A stretch of DNA of 64,000 bases, taken from Narcine bancroftii. Lineage: Eukaryota. Where the stretch lies: contig NC_091474.1 in assembly GCF_036971445.1 (NCBI RefSeq), positions 39,494,001 through 39,558,000 of the forward strand, written 5' to 3'. Position numbers and translations under genes: made by a program. The notes beneath the pieces were generated by a model. The model worked only from the letters and a program-made list of their open reading frames with translations. It made no database searches and was not told the DNA's origin. Position 1 is the stretch's first letter. The number at the start of each line of letters is the position of its first letter. Of the stretch, positions 1-11,057 are shown one piece after another.

Positions 1-643
1 GCGAATTATCAGCTTCAGTAATGGTGAGGATCTGAAGAGGAAACATCTGTTAATATTTCTGACTGACATGGTTGTGAATGCTTCAGTTTCCAATGATGGA
101 ATACAAGTGCAGTGCAGCTGGTGTCATGACTGCATCCAGCGGGTATTCCACTGGGAAGTTGCAGGTCTCTGCAGAGTGCAGTGGATGACATGAGTGTGTC
201 TCAAGATGAGCTGAGTTTGGACATGTTTCCTATCTGAATTAAAACCAGGAAATTAAAGGCAACATAATTGAAGAGCAAATCATCCGACTAATTCCCAGCT
301 GACACGCACATACACACACACATACAAAAGCAATCATCCTCAGTCACACACACACTTCTACACTCTTAAAAATTCATGGCCTCCCTAACTCTCACAGCTA
401 CAAGCATTCACAACCACTCACATGCATCCTTAATCTCACACAAATACATTGCTACACACACACACAGATCCCCACTCTCAGATACATATAGTTTCTTTTA
501 CACACACATCAACTTGATCTCCTCACTTATTTAATTGTGGCTGAATATTTGCTCATTAGTGAAGACACCTTTTAAATTTAAATTTAGACATACAACATGG
601 TAACAGGCCATTTAATCCCATGAGTCCTTACCACCCAATTTAC

Positions 644-645
<2 letters not shown>

Positions 646-680
<35 letters not shown>
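646..680. repeat. (TG)n microsatellite adjoining a truncated SINE
   Basis: Perfect TG dinucleotide run next to a SINE 3' fragment (about 570-645, - strand). Confidence 0.95.
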
Positions 681-683
<3 letters not shown>

Positions 684-950
684 AAATCATGTATGTTCTG
701 CCACAAACATGCTAAATGAGATGGATCAGATCTGGCTTCTCATAACTGGGATCCATGAAGAACAGTCTGTAACCTAGTGGACATCAGATGAGCCTGGTCT
801 CCTTGAGGAGCACTGAAGTACGTGCTGGGAGCAGCACCAGGTAACTCCTAAACAAGATGAAGTGCCAGAGTAGTGAGGCTACAAAACAGGTCTGTGTTCG
901 CCGAACAGCAAAAACCAAGCAATAACCAGGGTTGGACCACCTCACATATT

Positions 951-1084
951 CAGTGGATGGTTACACAGACTCAGTGATGATTTACACATCTTCAGTGATG
1001 GATGACAGAGCCCCAGACAGCCCCAGTGATGGATTACACACCCCCATTGATGGATCACACATCCTCCAGTGATGGATGACACAA
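951..1084. repeat. Degenerate minisatellite of about 21-22 bp (CAGTGATGGAT(T/G)ACACA..), about 6 copies
   Basis: Repeated cagtgatggat-acac units directly upstream of the CpG island. Confidence 0.8.
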
Positions 1085-1115
1085 GATCATTTTCCTCGCC
1101 GGCACGACCCGGGAA

Positions 1116-1166
1116 ATGAGGTGTACGAGGTGCTGCACGAACGGCCCGAATAGCCTCTGCTTAACA
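1116..1166 (+). CDS. Possible first coding exon of the RGS9BP-like gene (MRCTRCCTNGPNSLCLT)
   Basis: ATG at 1116 with G at -3; consensus donor ACA|GTGAGT at 1166/1167 (phase 0); in frame with acceptor cttcgacccgcacag|ACT at 1372/1373. No transcript support visible. Confidence 0.35.
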
Positions 1167-1336
1167 GTGAGTCCAATGGGGGAAATCGTGCAGGTTCTCG
1201 GGCCGGAGCAACTCTGGGAGGCAGGGTCCCGGGAGAGCAGCCGGCAACGTGGTCCAGGGGCGGGACCGCAGTCCTCCTGCGGTGAAGAGCGGTGCGCATC
1301 GCTCACTCCCATTCCGCAAACAGCGGCGGCCGGGCG

Positions 1337-1589
1337 ATGAGCGGCCCCCGGGTGTCGCTTCGACCCGCACAGACTCTGCACTGCCTCCGCTCCTTCCTGC
1401 GGGCGCAACTGGCCGAGCCGGGCTGGGCGGCCGGGCTTCTGGGTGAATGTGGCTGGACTGTGGAGCGGCTGGAGGCACTGAGCGCCGCGCACCGCGACCT
1501 GGCGCGGGGTCTGGGAAGCAGCGCGGACTCGGCAGCTCTTCGCCAGCGGCTCCTGCACACCCGATGTACGGTGAGGCAGAAGAGCGCAG
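1337..1589 (+). CDS. R9AP/RGS9BP-family (R7-RGS anchor) paralog, 5' coding exon
   Basis: ECGWTVERLEALSAAHRDLARGLGSSADSAALRQRLLHTR matches the R9AP N-terminus (EC..[35 protein letters not shown]); donor GCAG|GTGGGT at 1589/1590 (phase 1). Confidence 0.8.
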
Positions 1590-1699
1590 GTGGGTGTGCG
1601 GGAGTTCAAGGACGGACTCGGAGAATAGTCCGAGAAGTGCCAAATGATATTCACTGCTGAGAAATATGGTAAAAGAAAATAGAAAAAGCGAAATAAATA

Positions 1700-1767
1700 G
1701 GCGCAATTCCGAAAAGGGCGCATTTCCGAAAAGGACGCAGTTCCGAAAAGGGCGCAATTCCGAAAAG
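1700..1767. repeat. 17-bp tandem repeat GGCGCAATTCCGAAAAG x4
   Basis: Four near-perfect contiguous copies starting at 1700, 1717, 1734 and 1751. Confidence 0.95.
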
Positions 1768-1829
1768 CGAGCAATGGGGAGAGTAATATACAAATGTGCC
1801 TGAGAAGCTCCGCAAATCACGAGGCATCA

Positions 1830-3443
1830 ATAGGAAGTCAAAGGTAACGAACGTTACCGGCCTAAGCCCTTCGTCAAGGAATGAGCAAAGTACAGACAGG
1901 CGCCTGAATCAACAGGTGGAGAGAGGTACAGGCGAACAGCTGGATATAGGTGAGAAGTAGAAGAGAAAACTAGCTGAGAAGTGAAAGGGGAGTGGAAGGA
2001 AAGAGTAAGAGAGTGACGGGGACGGGGGGAACGGGAACTCGAGGTCGATGGTTGGAGAGTGCCCGGGTGGCCTCAGTTTTTTCAGTACATGAATCTTTGT
2101 GGAGATAGTGTGCTGAATTAAGATGGTTGGCTACTGGGAGATTCCTGTTATCGTAGTAGATGGTGCTGTACCCCTGCACCTGCTGCCCTACATTTCCTTG
2201 ATGAATTTAGATGAATCTCTCACTCCAATATTATTGCTGGCAAAACCCTTTCCTGTCTACCAGGCATTTTGAGTTAGATTGCCCAATTTGCATCTTGTCT
2301 CTCAGATGTAGATGAGGCCAGGACAGGACACAGGATGACTCCTTGGATTCGCTAGTGTAATGTTACTTCATTTGGAAGAGCTGTTTGAGGCCCAAATGGT
2401 GGTGAGGGAGAAGGTGTGGATGCAAGTGCAACATTTCCTGCAGTCACAGGGGTAAGTACCAAGGGGCCGATAAATGGGAAAGGGTGAGTGGACAAGGGAG
2501 TCCTGGAGAGTGTGGTCGCTAGAGAGCGGAGAGGGGGGAAGAGGGGAAAATGTGTCTGGTGGTTTGATTACATTGTAGATGGCAGAAATTACGGAGGATA
2601 ATGTGTTGGATGCGGAGGCTGGGGGTGGTAGGTGAGGACAAGGGGAATCCTGTCCTTGTGTCTAGGGCATAGAGGCCAGGGCAGATGTGCGGGAAATTGA
2701 GGAGATGTGGGTATGGTCTGATGTGACAGAGGTAGAGAAATTGAAAGAAAAGAATATAATCCTTACAGGGGACAGGGTGTGAGTGTGGGAGTGGTAGGTT
2801 CATAGAAAATATCTGTCGAGAGTTTGTTGCCAGAGATGGAGATGGAGAGATCAATAAAGGGGAGGGTGTTGCCAGAGATGCGCCAAGTGAATTTGAGGTC
2901 AGAGTGAAAGTTTGAAGCAGAGTGGATAAAGTTAACAAGCTCATCATTGGGTTAAACAAAAAGTCTGCTCTTTACTCAAAAATGCTGGAGCAATTTGGCA
3001 AACTCTCTACTCTCCATTCAGAGAACAATTCCTTTCCCATGACTTCCCATCTTTTTCTCTTGTGCCCTCCCACCCATATCCACCTTGATGAAGGACTCCT
3101 ACCTTGATGAAGGGCTCAGGCATGAAATGTCATTATGTATTTTTATCTTTGCTACAGAATGATCGCTGTGTGACTTACAGAGTTTCTCTATCATATTTGT
3201 ATGAGTTCATCATGGGTGCTGAAGACACCCCCAATGTAATCAACAATGTAGCAAAGGAAGAGTTGAGGAGTGTTGCATATGTAGGCTTGTAGCATGCTCC
3301 ACAAAACCAACAAAAAGGCAGGCATAGCAGGGGCCCATGCGGGTACCCATGGCTACCCCTTTGACTTGGAGAAAGTGGGAAGAATCAAAGGAGAAATTAT
3401 TGAGGGTGAGAACAAGTTCTATAGGGAGAGGTTGAGCAGGCAT
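1830..3443 (-). mobile_element. Penelope-like element fragments (RT C-terminus, GIY-YIG region, terminal repeats)
   Basis: LVLTLNNFSFDSSHFLQVKGVAMGTRMGPCYACLFVGFVE (3240-3443) and LRIQHIILRNFCHLQ..TRHIFPSSPLSA (2519-2959) are Penelope-type motifs. Confidence 0.8.
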
Positions 3444-3444
3444 T

Positions 3445-3815
3445 ACTGTATTCCTTAGAGCACAGAAGGATGAGAGTTGATCTCATAGAGGTGAATAAAA
3501 TCAGAGAGGAATGGTGCCCAGAGTAGGGGAAATCAATTACCAGAGGACATAGGTTTAAGGTGAATGGAGAGAGATTTAACAGGAATCTGAGGAGCAACTT
3601 TTTTTTAAACTGATGGTGGGTATATGGAATGGTTCCTGAAGGAGGTGGTTGAGGCTGATACTGATACTATTGCATCATTTAATAATAAATTGGACAGATA
3701 TTATGGATAGCATGGGTTTAGAGGAATATCGGCCAAGTGCAGGCAGGTGGGACCAGTGTGTGTAGACATTTTGGTTAGTGTTGGGCCTGTTTTCTCACTG
3801 TATGACTCTGTGCAG
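3445..3815 (+). mobile_element. CR1 LINE 3' fragment
   Basis: CR1 ORF2 C-terminus (TRGHRFKV..RFNRNLRSNFF) and 3'UTR ending ctgtatgactct. Confidence 0.8.
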
Positions 3816-4419
3816 GTAGTTTGTCAAATGTACCACCCCCATGTTGAGAAAGTGATTTATAAATGTTGGTCTTTATGAAATAGATGCATAGGATGTCCTG
3901 GTAAAATACAATTTGGGAAAGGTGTAGAAGAAATTTATCAAAATGATTTGCAGAGACAAGAGTATTTCGGTCTGTGCTCAGACTGGTAAAGTTTGGAACA
4001 GAGGAGGTTGCAAGAAAATTTGATGGGTTTGAGATGGAGATAGTGTCACTATTGGTAGAAGGGTTAAAATCCAGGTGATACTGAATGAGGGTGATGGGCA
4101 ATAGAAACAAAAGTGAAGTAACGAAAGGATTATTTGCCTCTGGGCTTATTGCCAGTAGGAATGATGGCTGCAGGTTCTGGTTAGTGAAACTAGCTGGATT
4201 GCTCTTTCATAGAAACAATATGGATTCAACAGGCCAAATGGCCTCTTTCCTGATGCAAGTATCTGGGAAGAAATAAGCATTAAAAGTAAAATAAACTGCA
4301 TTAGAGTATTTAGGATGGAAATATGATAAATCTCCAGAGACTCAGATGTTGAAATCTTAAAGTAAATGCAATCTGCTGGAGGAACTCAGCTATCAACTCG
4401 AGACAATAATATTATGATA

Positions 4420-4645
4420 AATAGTGTTTAGCACAATGCTTTTACAGCCCCAGCGATAGGGACCAGGGTTTGAATCCCATGTGTTTGTAACGAGTTTGTA
4501 CATTCTCCCCAAGTCTGCGTGGGTTTTCCCAGGGATCTGGTTTCCTCCCACCATTCAAAACATACTGGGGTTGTAGGTTAATTGAGTGGCACAGACTCAT
4601 GGGCTGAAATGGCCTGTTACTGTAATGTATGTCTGAATTTGAAAA
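4420..4645 (+). mobile_element. tRNA-derived SINE (HE1-like family, many copies in the window)
   Basis: B-box-like ggtttgaatccc, conserved core gagtttgtacattctcccc..gtgggttt, tail ctgtatgtctgaattt. Similar copies near 6205-6445, 15137-15330, 22610-22810, 43135-43360, 44210-44440 and 46430-46760. Confidence 0.75.
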
Positions 4646-4714
4646 CAAGTTTCCCACTGATGCCACTTGACCCCCTGAATTCCTCCAGTGGATTGTGTTT
4701 AGTGATAAATATGC

Positions 4715-5075
4715 AGGGCCAGATTACATGAATCCTAGGATTTTGTGGATGTTTATGGAGATAGTGGATACTTGTCATTTTCCAAAAATGTCATAGATTC
4801 TAGGATGGTTCTCATAAATTAGAAGCCAGCAAATGTAACTGCTAAGAGTATATTGGGACATTATCTGTTATGAGTGGGATCCATAGAGATCAGTGCTGTG
4901 GCCTTGTCTCTTCACAGTCTACATCAATTACTTGTATGAGAGATGAGGTGTGATACATTCAGGCTTGCTGATGGCATAAAACTGGGTGGGAATGTGCATA
5001 GGAAGGTTTCTGGATGCTATGAACAGTGAGTGGACTGGTCATGGAAGCTGGCATATAATGTAAGATAGTATGAGG
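4715..5075 (+). mobile_element. Decayed CR1 LINE RT fragment
   Basis: Degenerate versions of CR1 motifs (ANVT, FADD-like gctgatggcataaaactgggtggg). Confidence 0.55.
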
Positions 5076-5666
5076 ATTTACAAACTGAGGAGGGCAAGGT
5101 ACGGGGGTTTAGGGCAGTGTTTGGTAAAAGATTAAAGGAGGTGGGTTATTATAGGATTATGGTGGTAGTGAATGCAGTATTACAGCATTTATGGGTAAAA
5201 GGTTTAAAGTGGTGTATACAGGGTTTCCCCAGGTTACATTGGTGGGGTTTGGCAGGGTTTTGAGTGGTTACAAAGTAGGTTACAGTGTGGATGTGGGTAT
5301 ATGGCAGTGGAGACTATGGGGATTGCAGAGATGGATGGGGTCTGTAACCATATAATGTGGGTCACAGCAGATTGGCCACCATTGGGGAAATAATACAGGG
5401 CACAGCATGTCTCAGGCAGAACCTTCGGTTCTTATAGGACCTCTTAATATATCATTGTGAAATATTTGGTCATCCAAAGACTGCTGTGTAAAGAAATGCT
5501 CTTTCTCTGTGATGCTGAGGGAGGGCGAAGCTGAGTGGGATAAATTTTGGAGGGATGGGAAAATGGCTCCCTGCTGCGTTAGGTGATCACTCTCTCCTCT
5601 CCTCCTGGATACCATGTCGGTGGAAGGATCAGCTGATAACCAAGCATTCTGTTATCTCCCTTACAG

Positions 5667-6157
5667 CAACTGGAATCAAGCTGCTGCTGTTACTGAGAAG
5701 GATGCAGAGTCTGGAACCCCAAGACCAGGAGCAGCTGAAGAACTGGTGGCTGCGCTTTGCCTTCTGCATGGAACTGTTCCAACGGGATCTTGGCCTCGTG
5801 CATCATCTGAGCCAGCTGTTCCCACTCAACCTTCTAGGCACCTTCCTGACCAACACAGGGGTGACCTGTGACCCTGCAGAACCCCATGCTGACCAGAGTG
5901 AGGAGCTAGATGACAGAGAGGACACAGACTGCATGGAGCTGAGCTTGGAAGCACAAATAACAGAAATTGAGATGATGTTGCAGGAGGTGGAGAGCAAGAT
6001 CCAGGCTCCCAACTGGTGCATGGAAGCCACAGCAGAAGCTTGGGCAGAAGCAAGCTTTGGAGATGGATGCAGCACAGACTCACCAGACATGTTGACAGAA
6101 GAGGAAGCAATGCGGGGTAGTGGCTGTGCCACAGGAGATTGCTGCACGATTGCATAG
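5667..6157 (+). CDS. R9AP/RGS9BP-family paralog, last coding exon
   Basis: Acceptor tctcccttacag|CA is phase-compatible with the 1589 donor. WWLRFAFCMELFQRDL..FPL..LTNTG and LEAQITEIEMMLQEVESKIQAPNWCMEA match R9AP LWVAFSGCLDLLEADM..FPL..LVRTG and LEREVLQVGEMIDNMEMKVNVPRWTVQA. Ends CATGDCCTIA*. Confidence 0.85.
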
Positions 6158-6204
6158 ATACATGATTACATAGCTGCACACTCCCTGCATTATCCCATAT
6201 TAGG

Positions 6205-6445
6205 GGTGGCACAGATAGTGCAGTGCTATTTCAGCACCAGTGACCTGGGTTTGAATCCATCATTGTCTGTGATGAATTTGTATTGTGTCCCTGTGGGTTT
6301 CTTCTGGGTGCTCTGGTTTCCTCCCATGTTTCAAAGATGTACAGTAATAGTAGGTTAATTGGACACATAGATGTATTTGGGTGGCAAGAGGTCCTGCGTT
6401 GGAAGTGCCTGTTACTGTGCTGTATCTCTAAATCACAAAATCTAA
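6205..6445 (+). mobile_element. tRNA-derived SINE just 3' of the RGS9BP-like stop codon
   Basis: ggggtggcacag..gggtttgaatcc..ctgtatctctaaa structure. Confidence 0.7.
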
Positions 6446-8547
6446 AAAACAAAAGCGATCAATTGTTCCATCTGCCCACAGGAACAGGTCAGCTGCCTCT
6501 GAGATGTTGTTCACCTATTTCTTATTTCTGTGGCCCTTTGGGCCAAAGTCTGTCCAACTCACAGAGCAATTCCATTCCCCCATTATATTTTTTCCTTCTC
6601 CTTCCCCTCATATTCTCATCATTTTCCTGGATCCTACCTCCCACCTATGCACTCAGAACAATTTACAGTAGCCAATTATCCTGCTAACCTGTAAGTCTTT
6701 GGGATGTGGGAGAAACCAATCCAATCACAAGGTGAACATGCAAACTCCTTATAGGCAGCATGGAGGTCGGGACTGAACTCGGTCATGGGTATTGTGTGGC
6801 AGCATCATTCATATATTGGAACCAAAAGTCTCAGCTGACATTAAAGTGCAGTATGTGCCCAAAACATCACGAATCTATCAGAACAGGTTATACCCAAGGC
6901 CCCTTTGGCACTTTTGTAGACGTACTGATTCAAAGATCTTACTCTGGGGAAAAAAAATGACAGACCATCCTAGTGCAATACATACCCATTAATCAATTCC
7001 GTTGCAACAGGAAAATACTCTCTTGCTGCATTAGGACAATCTTCCTATGTGCAAACTGACTACACACTTTCATCATCGGTTGAGTAATTGGGAGACTATG
7101 AAAAGATCGGTTCTGCCTCTGAGACCCAATAGCGGGTAGTGGATTCTTGGCACTTGCTGAAGTTTGACAGCTCTTGCTCTCGAAGGGCTGCACTGCAATT
7201 CATTAACACAAAGATAATAACTTAAGAAGAAGCCAGAGTTCAAGAGGGGGCACGCAAAGTTCTCAATTTCTGCTTCACTTTTTCAATGGGTGATGTTCCA
7301 AATTAAATTGCCCAAACAATAAGCACTCAAGGCACGTCTTTCGATGTTGATGGAGCAGATCAACAATTCAGGGTATTTAATTTGGAGCTTGCTCCAGGTG
7401 TTAACTGTCAGTTCAGGACTCCTCTTCTTTAACTGTTGGGAATTGAATCCCAGTTTCAGAATCACATTCAGTCCTGCTCTGGATTGCATCGTCTGAAAGG
7501 TGGACTGAAATGAAAGGGGCAATTTCAGCAACAATGTTCCAAGCTATTTGCAAGACAGCTTAAGAGAAGTTCACCTACAAGGTTTAGGAAAGCAGTGAGA
7601 ATGCAGGTAATTAGTGGAAGGGGACATGGTGAGACAGCGGCCCAAACTGTCAGTGGAGGCTGAGTGGAAACTTCTACACAGGTTGATTCCCAACTCAGAA
7701 ATTGAAATGTGACGAGCACAAGTCACATGGCCACATAGAGCAGGATGAGGAATGCAGCATGACTGCGAAAGGTCAGCATTTGTATCTCACTGGGCTTTTC
7801 CAGAAATCCCCCTCAAGGCCAATTCAACCCCAACACATTTGCAGATTACTCGTGGTTGCTGTGGTTGAGTGTAGTTAGGGTAACATCTCAACTTTCCAAA
7901 GTTGATCCAACCACAGGCAAACCTTGAAAAATAAATGAAGGAGACCATAGAACTGTGAACATTTTCCAAACTTTTTTATGTTCTTTCCACAGAATATTTT
8001 AAATTACAAACAGCTGCTTCCTGTTATTCCAAAAGTGATATAAAACTAGAAAATCCATCTGTGGAAAAAGAAACAATTAACATTCAGGTCCGGGATCCTT
8101 TGTCAGAAAGCTCTTGGACCTGAATTGATAACTGTTTCTCCAGATGCTGCTGAGGTGCTGATCAAATCAAGCATTTTCTACTTTTATTTCAGGTTTTTTC
8201 AGCAACTAGTTTTATTTACTTTTTGACAAAGTGTAATTACATTTGGATATTGGCCAGAACATTGTTTCCTTACACTTACTCTTGCTTTACAGATTTCCAG
8301 CAAATGCACTTTTCACTCCATTTTAATTACTGATTTTTAAACGTTGAAATGTCTGTTGGTATTAGGAAGGCTCTAGTCCAGGGGTGACCAACCTTTTATA
8401 TTCCATACATTAATTTTTCTCATGCATGAGTTCAGATACACCATACAACTTTTGTACCCCCATTCAATTCTTGTATGTTAATATAGACATATTTAGCATT
8501 TTCCATGATATTGATTTAATAGAAAAACAAAATAAACATTACTTACC

Positions 8548-8802
8548 TTAATGAGACTTTTGAATCTGTTTTGATTTTACCAAGCTTTTAATGTTTGGAG
8601 TTAAATTAGCTACTGAGAGCAGCAGAGGATTCTTCAAATTTAAATCGTTCAAGCGTGACCTTGTTTTGTTTTTAATTAATTTCATGGCTGAAAATGCTTC
8701 TTCACATCTGTACGTCGTTCCAAAATGACATATATAACTCTGGGCATATTTTCTTAGTTCTGGAAAATGTTCACAGGGTAAATATTGCCAGAAATTAATC
8801 AT
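8548..8802 (-). pseudogene. hAT transposase C-terminal dimerisation domain remnant
   Basis: FWQYLP..FPELRKYA..FGTTYRCEEAFSAMKLIKNKTRSRL..IQKSH; upstream portion deleted or frameshifted. Confidence 0.8.
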
Positions 8803-9321
8803 TTCAGAAGCATTTGTGACTCAGGGAAGTGCTTCAAATTTCATGTTCAATAATGAACTTATTTTCAAGTTGACAAGTCCCATTTGTATGTTACTAGGCA
8901 TCTTCATGATTTTTTTGTAAGTAAAAATGGGTTTATAAATGCAAGAATGCTGTCGTCTTCTTGAGCAAACTCTCGAAAACAGCTTTCAAATGACTAGCTT
9001 CGATTTTCCTTCTATTTCAGTCTGATGCTGTAAATTGTCTATTAAGATCATGTCTTCTATTATGTCATGAAGTGTTTTCCCAAACAATGCACAATGGTTT
9101 TCCTGATGGACCCGCAATAATTCCGCTGTTCATTGAACTATCATTTTCTGCTTTTCTTTTGCACTGTGATGGGGAGCTGAATGTAAAGACAAGGCTTAAC
9201 TTTTGAAAAAGTACAAAACTGCAAATGTTCACAAAGGATGAACAAAGCACAATTCTGTGGCGCACGAGTATCAATTGTAAACTGACTGGCAAAAAACCTG
9301 CAATGTACCACTGGTGCAGAC

Positions 9322-9618
9322 TGTGACAGTATATAGATCTGTTTTGGGGAGATAAATTGGGGCAGGTTTGTTAGTGTAGGTCACATATAAACACCTTAAA
9401 ACAGATCTTATTTAAAATTCTGGAGCTCTGCTCACGCTAGACATGTCGGCCTCAGAGCCTTTGCAAAAGCTTTGGAGAGAGCCCAAGTGCCTAACTAATG
9501 GATTGTTGTTTACAAAAGGCAACAGATGAAAGAACTTGTCAGAGCCGCAGACTGTCTGCAGTGGAACTTGCTGTTCTAAGAGCGTCATGTGGTTTGGCAA
9601 GCAGAGAGAAAAAACAGG

Positions 9619-9678
<60 letters not shown>

Positions 9679-10575
9679 GAGAGAGAGACAGAGATCAGTT
9701 TTACAGTCAGCAGCAGCAGCTGGGACTGGAACAGGACAAGCTGGCAAGCTTGAAGAAAACCCCATTTGGAAGATGGGTTGAGAGTGCTTAGTTCAGACTG
9801 GTCAAAGCCCTTGTGGTTCATGCAAGAAGAGAGGATTGGCTGTCTAATGTTTCACTTGAAATAAGAGAAACAAAAAAGAACTCTGTGGTGACCTGAAAGA
9901 AAGAAGTTATCATCTAGAGAACCCTGAGGGGGCAAGTTTCTTCAGCAAGACACTGAAGTGGCTGATAGAAAAGAAATCAGTTGTGGGTGTACAGCGTACC
10001 ACAAATCTATCTCTGAAAACCAACAAGAACCTTCCTGAGTGGTAACCATTTACCTTTTAAGCACCAAAGCCTGGTGAACTTTATAAATGTTAAATTCTGT
10101 GTGCAGTATAAGAATTGCCTGCAACCAGTGAATTTAAAGGAATGAGAAGTGAAACTGGACTGTGAATCAAAGAACTTTTCTGAACTTACACACACATTAC
10201 ATACATGTGTGCTTAGAATTAGGAGGGGGTTAAGTTAGGTTAGTTATTGTGATAGTACAGACCTATCACCAATGTATCTAGAGTATGTAATGACTGTGCT
10301 TACAGCGATTGGCTGAGAGCTTAGCCACACCTACTGTCTGGGCCTTAAAGCCAGGTCGGATCATTCTGGACTGGTCGGCCACCTGTGAAGAGCTCCTGTC
10401 TTTTGCTAATAAAAGCCTTGATTTGGATCAACAAGTCTTTGGTTCTTTCGACGAGCTCTACAGTTATGTCAATAATGATAAGTTAAAGTGTGATTCTGTT
10501 TTCATGTTTAAAAATAATTAAAAGTAACTTTTGTCTAAGTAACCATTTGTTTTGGGGTCCTCTGGGCTCATAACA
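9322..10575 (+). mobile_element. Solo LTR (family A) with 4-bp TSD AGAC
   Basis: TGTGAC...ATAACA termini, AGAC on both sides, homologous to 11058-12021; contains a (TG)n run (9624-9673) and a nested LTR. Confidence 0.8.
10248..10462 (+). mobile_element. Nested solo LTR (215 bp) with 5-bp TSD GTTAT
   Basis: TG...CA termini, internal AATAAA, GTTAT at 10243-10247 and 10463-10467. Confidence 0.8.
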
Positions 10576-11057
10576 AGACGCCTGGCACCTCAGGGTCAAA
10601 CAAGTATCAAACGTATATTGAACAGTTATGGAAAGACTGCAGAACAAAGTCCTTTCCTAGTTTGACTCATTGAACATTATATTAAAAATTAAAAACAGAT
10701 TAATCTGAAAGAAGATAACATTCACCAAAAGATGTGCACAAAAAATAAAATAGCTAAAAATAATTGCTGTTTTAGATTTATTCTGTCAGTTTTAAAAATT
10801 GAAAACAGATAACATTGTAAAAGATAACATTCACCAAAAGATGTGCATAAAATAATAAAATTGCTAAGATTTAGATAGTTATTCTCAGTAAAACCCATTT
10901 CTAGCTCTAAGCTACTTGAATTCCTGTTGTAGATTTTTTTTCTACAAATTGGTTTTTGATTAATACTTTTTGCATGAGTAGGCCTACTTTTTTATTATTA
11001 TCACTGGGTTGCAATGTGCCACTCCTAATCATCCAATATGCCACTTTCAGCACATGG

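Larger units (their letters stand above)
1090..1640. promoter_or_regulatory. CpG island over the 5' end of the RGS9BP-like gene
   Basis: High GC and CpG density against an AT-rich, CpG-depleted background. Confidence 0.8.

Noticed and set aside
1700-1767. CRISPR-like array
   Set aside because: Contiguous repeats without spacers, vertebrate context, no cas genes.
1055-1820. Long - strand ORFs (239 aa and 219 aa)
   Set aside because: Antisense shadows of the GC-rich CpG island and 17-bp repeat; low-complexity Arg/Pro/Ala products with no recognisable family.
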